Shown piece by piece: positions 1-12,438 of a DNA stretch of 64,000 nt (position 1 is the stretch's first letter; each line of letters opens with the position of its first letter). The notes under the pieces were generated by a model. The model saw only the letters and a program-made list of their open reading frames with translations. It ran no database searches and was not told the DNA's origin. Origin of the DNA: Microthyrium microscopicum (taxonomy: Eukaryota); NCBI GenBank assembly GCA_010405405.1, contig MU004230.1, forward strand, positions 3,831,119 through 3,895,118, written 5' to 3'. The translations under genes and the position numbers were made by a program.

Positions 1-570
1 TGCAACAGCTGCCAGCCAGATGCCATCAACACTGCCCTCTTCGTAGTGAGCAAGTACATGTCCGAGTCCGCACTTGCTGTTTTCTACAGCGAGAACCGCT
101 TCCTCGCCAATCCCAAATTTCTCGCTAAAGTCGCCACTGCCCGACCAGCGCGTCTTTTCATCCGCCGCCTGACCCTTGCGGTGGACGATCTTACTTCTTA
201 CAACCTCGCTGAGGTTGCCAAAGCCACCCTCCGGTATTACCGTAATCTAAAGGAGCTCACAGTGGACACGGCTGCCAGTCGCTCCATGGAGCAGATATGG
301 AAGAAGCTGGCGGGTTACGTGGGCAAGCCCATTGGTACTTCCGGATGTGGGGCTCTCAAACATAATTATAGGGATGAGCGGCTTGTGGCGTTCTTCGTGG
401 GCCAGAAGCTCAACGACGTGGTTCGTTGGCTCCCAGCCAATGTGGGAGTGAGAGTGCTGCTTGGCGGCAAGAACGAGATTATGTGGTGCTCGGCCAAGGC
501 TAGCCCGGTGGGAAAGGCAGATGAATTGCTCTTCGCCTATGTGGCAAGATGCCAGGAAAAGGGTTACTGA
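1..570 (+). CDS. Hypothetical fungal protein, 5'-truncated by the window edge
   Basis: Frame is open from base 1 (CNSCQPDAINTALFVVSKYMSESALAVFYSENRF...) to TGA at 570. The ALF-VSK...A..FYSENRF pattern resembles a common motif of F-box-associated fungal hypothetical proteins. Confidence 0.6.
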   Translation, partial: CNSCQPDAINTALFVVSKYMSESALAVFYSENRFLANPKFLAKVATARPARLFIRRLTLAVDDLTSYNLAEVAKATLRYYRNLKELTVDTAASRSMEQIWKKLAGYVGKPIGTSGCGALKHNYRDERLVAFFVGQKLNDVVRWLPANVGVRVLLGGKNEIMWCSAKASPVGKADELLFAYVARCQEKGY

Positions 571-2777
571 TTGTAACAGGCTTGTTTGGAAAAGGTTCTT
601 GATCTTATTTTTAATGGACATGCTTAGATAATATATACCAAATTTGCTCAAAATCTTTTGTCTTGATGTGATATAAGTCTTGCTTTATTGATCTCTGTTC
701 CCAATTATGCCTCCATATTTGTTGACATACCCAACACATGGCTTTTTGTAACTCTAGCAAGTACGAGATATGGCAAACAAGCTCTTACAAGTACTGACGA
801 GTACAGAACTAACACAAAAGAACTATGTTTCTCAACCAAAGATGTGGAGAAAAAGATAACACGCAGTCTTAAGAAATCAAGCTACTCAGTCGTTCCTCAC
901 TTCTCAAGAGATGGCTGATTTCAATACTCGCTCCCACCTTGAGCAAAAAGAAAAGATGTTATCATAATATTCGTTTGTACAAGTTAGCAAAAACTCATGG
1001 TACAACTCCTATACAGTATTCGACTGTATAGAAGGTGTACCATTACAAAAGCCCGGTGCTTTATTTCGGTCGACCTATTGGTTAGTATGGGAATTGAACC
1101 GGTGTCCTGGGTATCGTCGTCGTCGCGGTAATCGTCGGTATCGTCGTCTCGATCGGGCTAGTCGACTCCAATTCCAGATTCCTCCAGAGCCCACGAATTT
1201 GATCAAAACGAGGTCCTTACTCGCACGCCTGTTCGTGTCTACGGCTGAATTTCCAGAAATTGGTATATACATAGCAAATGGCGTGTCTAAATATGGGCGT
1301 GCTTCAGTGTTTCTCCACTTGGTGCTTCCACCACGCATATCAGCAAAATTATGTCGGAACATTTCTTTCTAGATGATTAAGACACTAAGAATCAATAAAA
1401 GAAATTCATTTGTTTGAATCAGATTTACGAGGATGCATAACGGGGAACAGTAAACAGATAAAGTTGGTCGTACAAATTCGCAGTCAACAATGTCACAGTC
1501 ACTGTACATATCAATCACAATTGACATCTCCATAATCTTCAAGAGACCCCGAAAACAATCTTCGCGCTTTGAAAAGCTGTCAGTTAAGAACCTATGATTT
1601 ACCGCTACAGGTACTCCAATACTGAACTGATACAGTATCTCTCCCTTCGTTCTGACCATGAAAGTACTATGTAGAGAAAACATTCTAGTCTTCAACACCG
1701 ATCAGAGCCAGTAGATGTGCTCATCTGATAAATTCACGTCGAGAATTACCATCGAAAATAGTGGGCATAACGTACTGCTTTATAAGTACCTGATGAGATA
1801 CTTCTAGCCTGAGCTCAATCCAGATATCGCAAGTAGCGTAGTTGATCGACCTTGAAGTAAAGTCTGTCAACTCAATCCGATCTCAAAACACAACAACCAG
1901 CAACGACAACAATGCTCAAGCGGTTCTGGCCGTCGTCCAATAACATCTGAGAGCAAAATCTTGAGACACATGCACTTTTGAAACCCACCCAACCGCGATC
2001 CGATCTTAGCCACTAACTCACGTTGCAAGCCTGTAGCTCATCGATGCAGGACCATACAAGGGCTCACTTGGCAAATTTCTGTTTCAAATGAAGCGCAGCA
2101 AACATTGCCGCATGTTTAATTTGATATTTTATGCACTAAACCACTCTGCCAAGTCATCGTTTCGGCAAAGCACTTTTGTGTTGCTTTTGATCTACCTCCA
2201 AGTGCACTCTCTGACGCCGTGCCAGCTTCTCCATATCTGCTCTAAACATCTGGAATCGCTGAACATGGCTATTTTTCCCACAAAAGGTCTGTGTCTCTAT
2301 AAATGTGGTGTATGTGCTCGTGTTGAACACAAGGCAGAAAAAGAAAAGAACAAGAGAATAACGCCGAGCCAATGATAATAAGGGGTATCTGTCTGTGTCG
2401 TAAAATAGATGCAAGTCGCAAATGATGAGTAATTATGTCGTCGAATGAAGAAAGGTTTCTTTTGGTACAAGAATGAAGAAGGTTGAATGATGTGTGGAAC
2501 AAAAAAAGACAAGAGGGAGGAAGCATAGTCCCGAGAATGCCGGTTTTATGTACCGTCTAGATGATGATCGTAACTCATGAGGAAAGGCGGGGATGTCCAG
2601 CTGGCAGTGCATATTGTAGGTCGTGGGATCCTGGTGTTATATAAGGTATGTGTCTATCAATGATGCATTTGTACAGAATATAAAAGGAGGTTGGGAGAAG
2701 TGAGTTGTTCGAAAGGAAGCAGGCTTGCTGTTTGGTTTTTTGGCGCGTTGCGCTTTGTTTCCTGGGTTCATCCTGTC

Positions 2778-4280
2778 TTATTGCCAGCCATCCGGTTTAG
2801 ATGCGAATTTCAGGTCGGTAGAACTGCCGCTGGCAGGGCGGGTCAGTGTACCGTGGGTGAGGGTGTCGCCAGAGTCTTTCATGGTTTGGATTTCGCGCAT
2901 ATCGGCTAGCTCGACGACTGGCTCAGTGCGTACTTCAACGGTTGTTCGTGTCTTGACGGCTATGCTCCCCAAGTCGCCGACCTGCATGCTGGATGCGGTA
3001 GTTAGAGGCGATGATGAGGACATTCGGCTGCGCGAGGGCTCGATGAGATAGTCGGCGCTGTTGAAGGAGGCTAGAGGATCCATTTTCTTTTGCTTGCCAT
3101 GGTCGTCGGAGTATTTTGGCTTCCACCAACCCCTGACTTTGCTTGAATTGGGTCCTTCTGGGCCGTCGTATTCGCAGGTGGTTTTGGTGCCGAATCGTTT
3201 GCCTAAGTTTCCGGAGAATGGCATTTGGAAGGCATCTTCTAGGTCATGCGAGTCTGAAGGCGGATCGTCAGAGAACAACATGATTCGTCGAGTCATGGTG
3301 TAGAGCATAACATCAAGCCATCCATTGGAAGTGATCATGGCACCGGCGAAGCAAAAGTAGCCAAAAGTGACCGTGCTGGTCGAGGTCATGCTAACCATAC
3401 GAAGAGTGGCCAATGGCAGAGTGCAGATGACATAAATGATGGGGTAAACAATCATAAGTTTAGCTGCGCTTCTAGCATGTTGGGCTTGTTGATTCTTTTC
3501 TGAGTAGAAGTTGTTGGAAATCCGATATTGTACAGTGACATACATCGCCACGTATATTAGGACTGTGCCAAACTCAAATACGAAAATCCAAAAGTAGTGG
3601 AGCCAGAGGCGAAGATCTTGGTATTTGCCGTTCATCCAGCACCATGCGACGGCACGGACATAGATGTCATTGGGATGTAGTACAACACCAATGATAGCCA
3701 TTGCATAAATGAATACCCAATTGAGGATTATTGCGGCGATGAAGTGGCTGGTCTTCATGCGATATCGAAATACCACGGAAGAAAAGGTATGTACTCCAAT
3801 GAAAAAGCACCAAACTCCAGATGCCAAGTCTCCCGTAGAGACGAACCTGGTAGAGGGTTAGCATGGAATGGAGGGCACAATTAAAAGGATGTATTTTGGG
3901 GTGAGTGGCAAGATGGGGGCGCGAAGATAGATTAACAACCTTGGAACTTACCAGCCTTGCGCCCAGCACGTACTTGTTCCTACCAAGATACCATCTTCAA
4001 CAAGCCACCGAGCATTGAGAATGAAAGCCACTGATTGTTGAATATCCGCCAGAAAGAGATTGTATATAAGGATGAAGAATTGATTTGGTCGAGTTGACCG
4101 TCGTGACCATTCCCACATGCGCCATGATAATAATATTTGCAACGATATGCAACTGAAGAAGGAGAGGAAGCCGAGTACAGTAATTCCGTAGAGGCCTGAT
4201 CTAAGATCTGGTGGGAGAGGTGAGATTGTCCCAGATAGGCGAGTGAGAACAGCCTCTCGATGCGCCGACGAGGCGTTCAT
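2778..4280 (-). CDS. Git3/Gpr1-family G protein-coupled receptor, 2 exons, about 465 aa
   Basis: Exons 4280-3952 and 3846-2778. Intron 3951-3847 (GTAAGT...GCTAAC...CAG) joins CWAQGW|FVSTGDLASG. About seven hydrophobic helices, motifs NLFLADIQQ, AWCW, YPIIYVICTLPLA and NGWLDVMLYTMTRR, and a long S/T-rich C-tail. Confidence 0.85.
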
Positions 4281-7200
4281 GTTGATGTAGAACTGGTAAT
4301 ATGGTGACAGGACCTTCTGGCGCGCAGAAATATAGATAATCTAGGTAGAGTCCAAAACGGTTCTCATTGTTGTGGGCGCAGTGAGATGGTTAGTCTCTGA
4401 CTGGCTGTCTGTTATGGTGTAGGGAATAGTTGAAAGATTGAGCGATCCTAGTGGGATTATGATGGAAGATATCTAGTATCAAGTGGGATCCAGCGAGATA
4501 GGCGGCGCACAGTTGCTGTCAACGCTCAGATGTGTAGCAATGAGCAAACACAGCACAGACTAAGTTGATGTGAGTAGACGGTACGGATGAGGGCAGGTTT
4601 ATTGGGCGGGAGGGCAAAGTTAGATAGAGTGAGGGTCGGGAGCAAGACAGGGACTCGGGGAAATGATAGGTTGAGAGACGGGGGTGGGTGGAGAAGAATA
4701 GGAATCAGCGACAATGACCATGGAGACCGGACCAGGCTGGGAACCGAGAGAGAGACATGGATTTGAGCATGGTACGTGTGCTGGGAACATGTACTGAGGG
4801 TAAGGATACCTCGTCCAACGAAGGCCGTACAGGTAGATGCAGTGGGACGCTCCAGACAGGGAGTATATATTGATGTAGTAACATGAAAAGGACTTACAGT
4901 TGGATTGATTGTGTAGCAGTAAAAATAGTTGTAGTTGGGAACAACTGTATATCTTTGACAGAATAGAGTGACAGGAATATGTGGAAGCGAAAGAAGACGC
5001 ATGGAAGGTTTAGTGGAAGGTTTTAGGATTCGGCGCAGTCTACAGAATAGGTACTGAAGCCTCGTTAGGATGCAGAATGAGGCAGAAACGAAAAGAAGTA
5101 TAGGCATACGGGTTGAGCGGGAAGAGGAAAGAAAAACACGAGTGCGATGGCCATGTGGGATGCCACATGTATGATCTTAGATGTACCTGAACTAGGCACA
5201 TGGACTGCCGCATCTGCCTTGACTGCTCGTAGGTAGGTGCATCGCGAAGTTCCCTATCTGTACCAAGTCCATCGACTTCTATCACAGGGCTTCTGCGGTA
5301 GATACTACCAGCAAACCCGGCTACCCTGGAGGTACAAGGAGATTGAGCTGCTCATCCGATCATCAAACTCTTCTTTAAGCCTCCCGCAAGGTCAAGTCGG
5401 CCTACTGGGCCTCTTGGTGTTCTTAGAGGGTATAAGCTTCAGCCTTGTAATACTAGCCAGGCGGACAAGAGCACAGATGTAGCACTCACGAAAATGGACA
5501 AGCCCGCGTGAAACCGACGTTGTAGCACATTCGACGAAACGACTGTATCTTGCCGACAGCAATTGAGAGGAACAGAAACATCTGTTTAATTGCCTATGAA
5601 ACAAAGTTATTCTCCGCAAATCGCATTTTCTCACATTCCCAGGATCGCATGCAAGATGTTGTGCTGTATCAGTTGGTGTACCTTTACGCTGGGTGCCGAA
5701 GGAGAACATACCAAGTCACTGGAGTTTTTATAATCCGACCGTTGATTCTGTTATCCTTCAGGATAAAAATAAGTTCCACGGATATGTTGAAAAGTGGCGC
5801 AAGGAATTAGCTGTCAATCAGCAGACCTTTTGATCCACAGATGTCTTCCAGGGAAACAACCTGCATGGCGCATCCAACAATCCCCACCATGTACTTCATC
5901 CATGTGCATGCTCAATGCGGATCATGCCGAAAGTCAGCTTGCGTAAACCAATCAAGGTACTCAGGTCTATTGTCTTCCTCGCGCCCTACAACGGCAGTAT
6001 TTCTTTTGCAACGCAATGGAAGAAGAGTTCAGCGAAGATTTAGCGGCATGATCATCGATGAAGTAACCCTTTCACAGAACGATAACGTGAACGAAACTGC
6101 AAACAGCGGTCGAATAGGCTGAGTCGTAGCCACAACCAACATGGCCCCTGTATCATACTGCTAAGTCTCCTGTCCTCGGGACTTTTGGCAAATTGCGATT
6201 GCGGGTGGAAGCATACTCGGGGAACACAGCAACGCCAACTTCAGAGACACTCAGCGGTGTGTAACAGCCATCTCATATGTGGTGAAAGTTGAACCATTGG
6301 ACGCATCCTAAAGGAAGATCAAGGATTTGAGGCCCAGGATTTGAAGTTGCTAGCTCTTACTGCAGGTGCCGCGGCAAGTTACAATGAGACGACGTTGGCC
6401 TTGTCTGGCATAAATGGAGGGGCAAGAAAAGCAAGCTTGCCAAGTGAGATTTAGCTCTTGCGTGTGTGGCATGGCAAGCATGGCTGGCACGCGAGATGCA
6501 TGTGTAACCGTTAACTTGGGATCTTTGAGCTCTTCCAAAAGGAGTCTAAAAGGAGTCAAAAATCAGCCACTTCCGTAAGCGTCGCGTCCTCGCGTGGTGG
6601 ATCTTTGCCTTGTGGATTTAAACTGGATTATCTCGTTGCTATTTTTGCTAACGCCTTCCTACTTCAGTCTTAACCTACCCGTATATTCTTTTGCTGACCT
6701 TGCTTCTCCCACGCTTGTACTCTCAACGTCGGTTTGTCGGGCTGCCCGATTACCGGATGATGACTGGGGGACCTTTCAAGCAATAAATTGCATTGATGGT
6801 CCTTCTAAAGATCTTGGCCTTGGTCAGCACTGAACCTCATTATCTCCACTGAAACAGCCGTTGGTCAACAGCCTTGTGATGCCAAGTACATATGCTCAAG
6901 TCACGGCAGAAGCTTTAAAGGTAGGACGACCACAGAAAGTCAAATAGATCTGCAGATCTCCACAGGTTTTTTACCCTCCACAACATGTACTCTGCAGAAT
7001 GCAGATATTGAAGCAATCTGATCGTCACAAGGTGCTGGGTCCTCCCGCAGTCGCACTTTTTGAAAGGCTGAGGCTCTTCATGTTCCAACCCCTTGCTTTC
7101 TTCCTGATTGCAATTCAGTACTTGTAAATCTGTGATCTGAGACTATTTGCACGAAACCACTTCCTCTCATCTCTATCTCTTAGAGCTGCCCGTTGAAGCT

Positions 7201-8273
7201 TGAGTCGATCGGATCTGAGGCTGCAGGTCCTAGAATTTCATGTTCACGCATCAAGTATGGGGGTAAAGACCGGTTGGCGGTTGCACATCAGATTAGGCTA
7301 GCTGTTCAGGTGTCAAAGATCTGCAACCTTCTAGGAAATTCCCGTTTTTCTGATAGGACTAGCTGATCGGCTTTTCTCATTGTTCTGTAGCAAAAGCGTA
7401 CTTCCCCGATGTCAATGTTTGAGAGTTCCAAGTCCCGACAGCAAAACAAGTCATTCCAGATTACATTGCGATCTGAATTTGGACACGGAAAGATTGTTGT
7501 TTCTTGATTAAAATTGCTTGATTTTTACAGACCTCCGCTAGCAAATGTTCCAACTAACCAATTAATAATGGGATGCAATGTCTCGGGTGAGTCTTTCGAC
7601 TTCGTTACTTATAAAGTTCAAAGATTGAGGAGTACGAGTTGACTTCAATGCCTTTTTTGCTGAATAAGATTTTGATTACCTGGCATTCGCCTTTAAATCT
7701 TCATCTTCCTTTCATTTTGATTGAGAGGTTTATACTGTGCTTGTGGCTATCAAGAAAAACCAGGTTCATCACCAGGACAGCAAGTGGTTGTGATATCAGC
7801 CATCATTTTTCTTCCTTAAAATCACCAAAATTTGTCTATCTTCTCAGCTCAGACTTGGCTAAAGAAATTGAAACCACTGTAGCATTACGCTGTTCAAAAT
7901 CAGACAAGTCCTGAAATCATAGCTGCAGCGTATGCACTACGATATTTGAGATTTGACTCGATCTCAACTTTTTACATCTTTTGGTGAATGGGTTCGTATG
8001 GTATCAACAAAGATAAGATTAGAAGAATGGACTGTCTTTTCCAAGAAATTGATGGTGCCCACATCCGCATTCTAATTTCGCTATTCAACCTGCAAGGAGT
8101 ATGGTCGAAGCGTTCACATATTAAAGATATCCAAGTTAGATCTAATATACTAAAACCCGGGAATGTTCGTCCAATGACAATGTCCAATGCTCTCTATCTG
8201 CCTATAACCATCCATGTAGCTGTGGATCAACCCTAAGGATAAGTTCCGGTCTTGATATCAATATCTTTAAGCT

Positions 8274-8333
8274 GATATTAGCGTATCAACAACTTCATCC
8301 CACAGATATTAGCATATCAACAACTTCATCCCA
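8274..8333. repeat. Direct tandem duplication (29-bp unit, 31-bp period, 1 mismatch)
   Basis: GATATTAGCGTATCAACAACTTCATCCCA at 8274-8302 and GATATTAGCATATCAACAACTTCATCCCA at 8305-8333. Confidence 0.9.
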
Positions 8334-8435
8334 TTCCAAATGTAGGTATACTCAAGCATTGAATTTCTCCAACATTTCTCAAACCCCCATCACGCTCATT
8401 AAATCAGCCTCCAGTGCTTGGAACAATCATTCAAG

Positions 8436-9216
8436 ATGATACCGTGCATGCTGACACTCCTTCTCGCAATACCATGGGTCTCTGCACAGCTGGGTGTGAG
8501 CTTTTCGAGTGGTTACGACTTCTTCACCGGCAAAACTGAAATCATCCGCACCGAAACAACATTCACGCCCGGCGCCATGGAACTGAAGCCAAAAGGCAAC
8601 CTCTTCCTCTGGCCCGGTCTCTGGGTTCCCGCCAACCGCACCACCGGCGATCTCATCCAGACCGTGATATCGGCCGATAGCACCCTCGCGCTCGAATGTG
8701 GTGCTAAAAAAGGCCAATGGTAGAAACTAACCTCATATTTAGTTCATATACTAACGAGTGAGTAGGTGCATCGCCCCCTACGTAATGCACGGCGTCGCCT
8801 ACGCAGACCGCGAACGCCGTCAACTAGCCATCGACCCAGACGCGAAGATCCGCATCATCTACAGCAAGACGACCGACGGCGCTAAATGGGTACAAACGAC
8901 CCTCGATGCGACTACAGGCAAGATGTTGCAGAATTACACGGGTGGGACGGGGAAGAAGGTTCAGTTTGAGTTTAGCACAGAGTTGCAGTATGGGAATTTG
9001 GGGACGACGAGCACGCAGGTATATGAGGATACGGTGATAACGTTGGCGGCCCCGGATATGGCATTTGGCAAGGGAAAGAGGAAGGGCTCTGCCACCATAG
9101 AAGGCGTGACGAGTGAGCAGGAGGGAAAGATTTGGAAGATTAAGAAGGTTGTGATTCCGGCGATGAGATCGGGGGTTGCGAATCATCCGGCGACGGGGAA
9201 GGAAATTCATGGGTAG
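8436..9216 (+). CDS. Secreted protein, 2 exons, about 244 aa; possible ConA-like/peptidase G1-like fold
   Basis: Signal peptide MIPCMLTLLLAIPWVSA. Intron 8720-8765 (GTAGAA...CTAAC...TAG) joins KGQW|CIAPY. Motifs LFLWPG, DLIQT, TTLDATTG and FEFSTE. Confidence 0.75.
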
Positions 9217-10075
9217 ACTAGATTTGATATGGATAGGTACATTATGGCTGTAGTTGTCTGACTGCTAGAATCTGGAAGCATAATTGAACATGCATATCAA
9301 ATTCTGAAAGAATCTAGAGCTGCACTGTGATCTGGAATATAACTATTTCCAAGTCTACTCATGGTCGCTCGGGCATCATATCATGCGCGCACTTCCAATG
9401 GCTGCTGCAGCATGAAGTATAGAGTAATGACTAGAAGTCATTCCGAATCCGCACTGGGTCTAATAATTTGAAGTATCCCAGGAACTCTATATTTAATTTC
9501 TATGGTGCGTGTTAAAAAATGAGATTGTCCTGTCATTATTGAAGTTAAGATGCACTTATCAAGATTATGGAATGGCAGGTTGACGAGATATAAAAGGCGT
9601 TGGCAAACGTCAACATTGAAAAGAGGGTTCTCTATGAATCACATTTATATATTGTCCAACAAGGCTGAGATAACTCCCCTGCTCCATTTTTCGTGCGAGA
9701 TCAGACTGATTGGTCAGTAATAATAGCTAATTTGTTAGTCCGATCTACTAAACTGTTAGTAGTTACCGCACAACAATTTTATGCAGTCGCACCCGCCCAT
9801 TCCTGAGGTATAAAAAAGTCAAGAGCGTTGTCTACTTTCCGAATTCGCACCAATGAATTCCAAGATGCTAGCAGCCTCATCACAATCGAATTAGTTGAGG
9901 TGTAAATGTCACATACTAGTTGAGGCAACAATTTTTGGTCAGGTACCTACCTAAGCCAAACACTTGCCTTTTGGTTAGCTAAACCTCACTTCCTCGTGTC
10001 TTGTGCCTAATCTTCAGTCGCCATTTTACGACATTCACATAAAGCCCGTCATTCTTGATAGCTCCAAAGGTAGAT

Positions 10076-11411
10076 ATGTCGGACCCTCTTAAGATTAAAA
10101 AAGAGATAGCGGATTTGCACAATCAGCTAAATCGCACAAAACAAGAGGAGGGCAATCTCAACAGAGAAATTTCCAAGGCAGAGGAGAAACTTGCGAAACT
10201 CTTTACTTCGCGGAAGTCGGTCACCCGTACACGAACAAAACTTGAGAATGGTATCGAGAGATTGAAGGCAGATCTAGACCGGTTTGCCCCAGAAGCTGTC
10301 GCCGCCTCTGAGTTGGCCGAGCAGTTGGATTCACTCTGTAAGTTCCACTTGCAAAAGTCCGAAGTTTTATACGTGCGAGAAAATTCTAACCAGTACCTAG
10401 CGATCGTAAAGGAACAAGAAAAGCGACCACGAAACCATAGACGGTCTGATCGTCGTGAACGATCTCGTTCTCCTGGTGCCCGAGATGTTGAAATTCGAAA
10501 GCGTTCTCGTTCTCCACTTCCGGCGCGAAAACCTCGTGCTGGAACCACGGCTTACTTCATAACGAAGTCGGAGGACGAGCGCATGTTGCAAGGCGCCAAA
10601 GATGACAACGTCTGGGTGGAATGTCGTCGCGGAGAGCGCGAGCTCACTGTTGCGTGTGCCAATTGCGAATCCGTTTACCTCATCTTCCACAACAGTACAA
10701 AGACTGAAACATTCGAGAAGTTGAAAACTTTCGAGGGATTGGTAATTACTCCCACTATCATCTGCGTACTTCTTTTAATTCTTACACCTCATCTAGGCTC
10801 TCCTGGAAACAGCTCCATCGCAAAAACTTCGAATTCCAAATTGGACTGGAGTCGGCAGAAGAGCAAAATTAATGCCCATGCGAATCAAATGGATCAACAA
10901 AAACAAAGTCAATATGGCTGACAATGTCGATTTGGTGAAAGACCTGGCAGCATCATTACCGTCAGACACCCACTGGAACAGTCTTCCAGGCTTCGACCAG
11001 ACCGATGAGCGAACGGGATCGCGGCTCATCAACTGGCTCCGCGACGCTCCACCATATCAACCGAAGGTAGTATACACCGAACCAAACCCGGATCATCCGC
11101 CAGAGGCAATGAACAAGGAGACTGACATGAACGATGGACCATCTTCAGTAACCCATCCGCCGGCTATCACCTTACCACATTCTTCGTCGGCATTTCATTC
11201 AACTTCGATGTTCTTGCCGGTTGTTCCAGCTTTTCGGCCGCCCACAGCAGCTTTTCAAGCAGCAGCAGAGGCTGTTCAGCCATCGCCAACTGCCGACACA
11301 CACATCACAATTGAAGACTCCGGCGCAGGTTCTTCGACCTGGATGAATGGCAAGGGCAAGATGATCGAGGAGGCGGGTAATGAGGCTGCGACCTCAAATG
11401 ACGAAATTTGA
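10076..11411 (+). CDS. Hypothetical protein with N-terminal coiled coil and RS-rich segment, 2 exons, about 426 aa
   Basis: ATG at 10076. Intron 10742-10796 (GTAATT...TAG) joins the two long ORFs in frame (FEGL|ALLETAP). Heptad-like N-terminus and RRERSRSP/RKRSRSP repeats. Confidence 0.65.
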
Positions 11412-11589
11412 GGGTACAGGGCGTTGCTCTGCGCTCGTTTGGCATTTGTAGCATTAGCGGGATGTTTGGATATTGGAAAATCACGTCGAGGACGACTGTA
11501 CGAATATGAATCATGAAGGAAAGTCACAGACTAGAGAAAATCATAGAAGACAAACTTGCCTCATCACATCGTAAGATTCGTGACCGCTC

Positions 11590-12438
11590 TCAAGTATAAA
11601 TGCCCGTCAAATAAGCCTGGTCGTCTTGCGCCTGTGTCCCATCCCTATCATGCACCATATCCTCAACCATCTTAACCAAATCACTTATAAATTTATCTCT
11701 CGACCTCTCCTCCGCCGTACCCTTCCACACACCCATAAGCCCCCTCAACTCCTCAACCTTTGCATAAGCACCCTCTTCATCTCCAGCTACCACCGCCTCA
11801 GCCAACTCCGCACGTAGTCCTTCCGCGTACTCTTTCGCTTTGATATCCGCCTCACTAGACGGCGGCGCAGACACAGATATGAAAGAATGCGAACTCGTAG
11901 CCGGCGTAGGCCACGCAATCGCCGATCCAAATACACGGATTACACTATCCAGACGAGCGCGCACATGTGTGAGTAGACGCAATCTCGCTATATGCGCTGG
12001 CTCATTGGGCGTGAGAAGTAGTTTGAATGCTCCTTCTTGTTCCTGCTGGTCTAACGTCTCTTCCGCATCCACGTCTTCGCTTGGGGGAGGCACGAAGAGG
12101 TCTATTTCCGGTTGTAGGCGCTCAGAGAAAGTATCGTTCAGCGCAGTCGATTCGCCGCGCAGCACATCGACTTGGTAGGCTAGGCGGCTGCCGGTGCGGA
12201 GAATGTCATCAGTGAGTTGGGTGAGGGTGTTGGTTAGGCGTGTTGCTTGGGCGTTCAGGGTTGCGAGGAGGGATTGGGTCTCTGATGAGAGGTTTGCGAG
12301 GCTGGTGGCATTTTGGGATGGCTTTGGAGTTGAGGAGAGCGGTGGAAGGGTGGAGTTTAGGTAGGCGGCTGGATCGAAGGATGGTTGGAGGAAGGATGCT
12401 AGGATTGGGTCCGTTAGATGGGGAGTTGGAGTGGCCAT
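11590..12438 (-). CDS. Conserved fungal protein, COG7-like (Golgi tethering complex subunit)
   Basis: Single ORF from ATG 12438. FLQPSFDPAAYLN is followed by a helical/coiled-coil segment ending RLAYQVDVLRGE, matching the N-terminal pattern of COG7-type subunits. Recognised by motif only. Confidence 0.6.
   Translation of the reverse strand: MATPTPHLTDPILASFLQPSFDPAAYLNSTLPPLSSTPKPSQNATSLANLSSETQSLLATLNAQATRLTNTLTQLTDDILRTGSRLAYQVDVLRGESTALNDTFSERLQPEIDLFVPPPSEDVDAEETLDQQEQEGAFKLLLTPNEPAHIARLRLLTHVRARLDSVIRVFGSAIAWPTPATSSHSFISVSAPPSSEADIKAKEYAEGLRAELAEAVVAGDEEGAYAKVEELRGLMGVWKGTAEERSRDKFISDLVKMVEDMVHDRDGTQAQDDQAYLTGIYT

Noticed and set aside
1009..1031. 9-bp hairpin CTATACAGT-attcg-ACTGTATAG
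   Set aside because: Short enough to arise by chance; bacterial-type terminators are not relevant in a fungal nuclear genome.
1075..1698. Short minus-strand ORFs with an Arg-rich or Thr-rich CGT/CGA repeat
   Set aside because: No consistent exon chain or recognisable domain could be built; may be a gene relic but unsupported.
4526..5107. 193-aa minus-strand ORF upstream of the GPCR
   Set aside because: L/P/S-rich translation of a pyrimidine-rich promoter/5' UTR; no protein-like features.
5200..8250. Numerous 70-105 aa ORFs
   Set aside because: No motifs, coding bias or splice-consistent structure; treated as intergenic.
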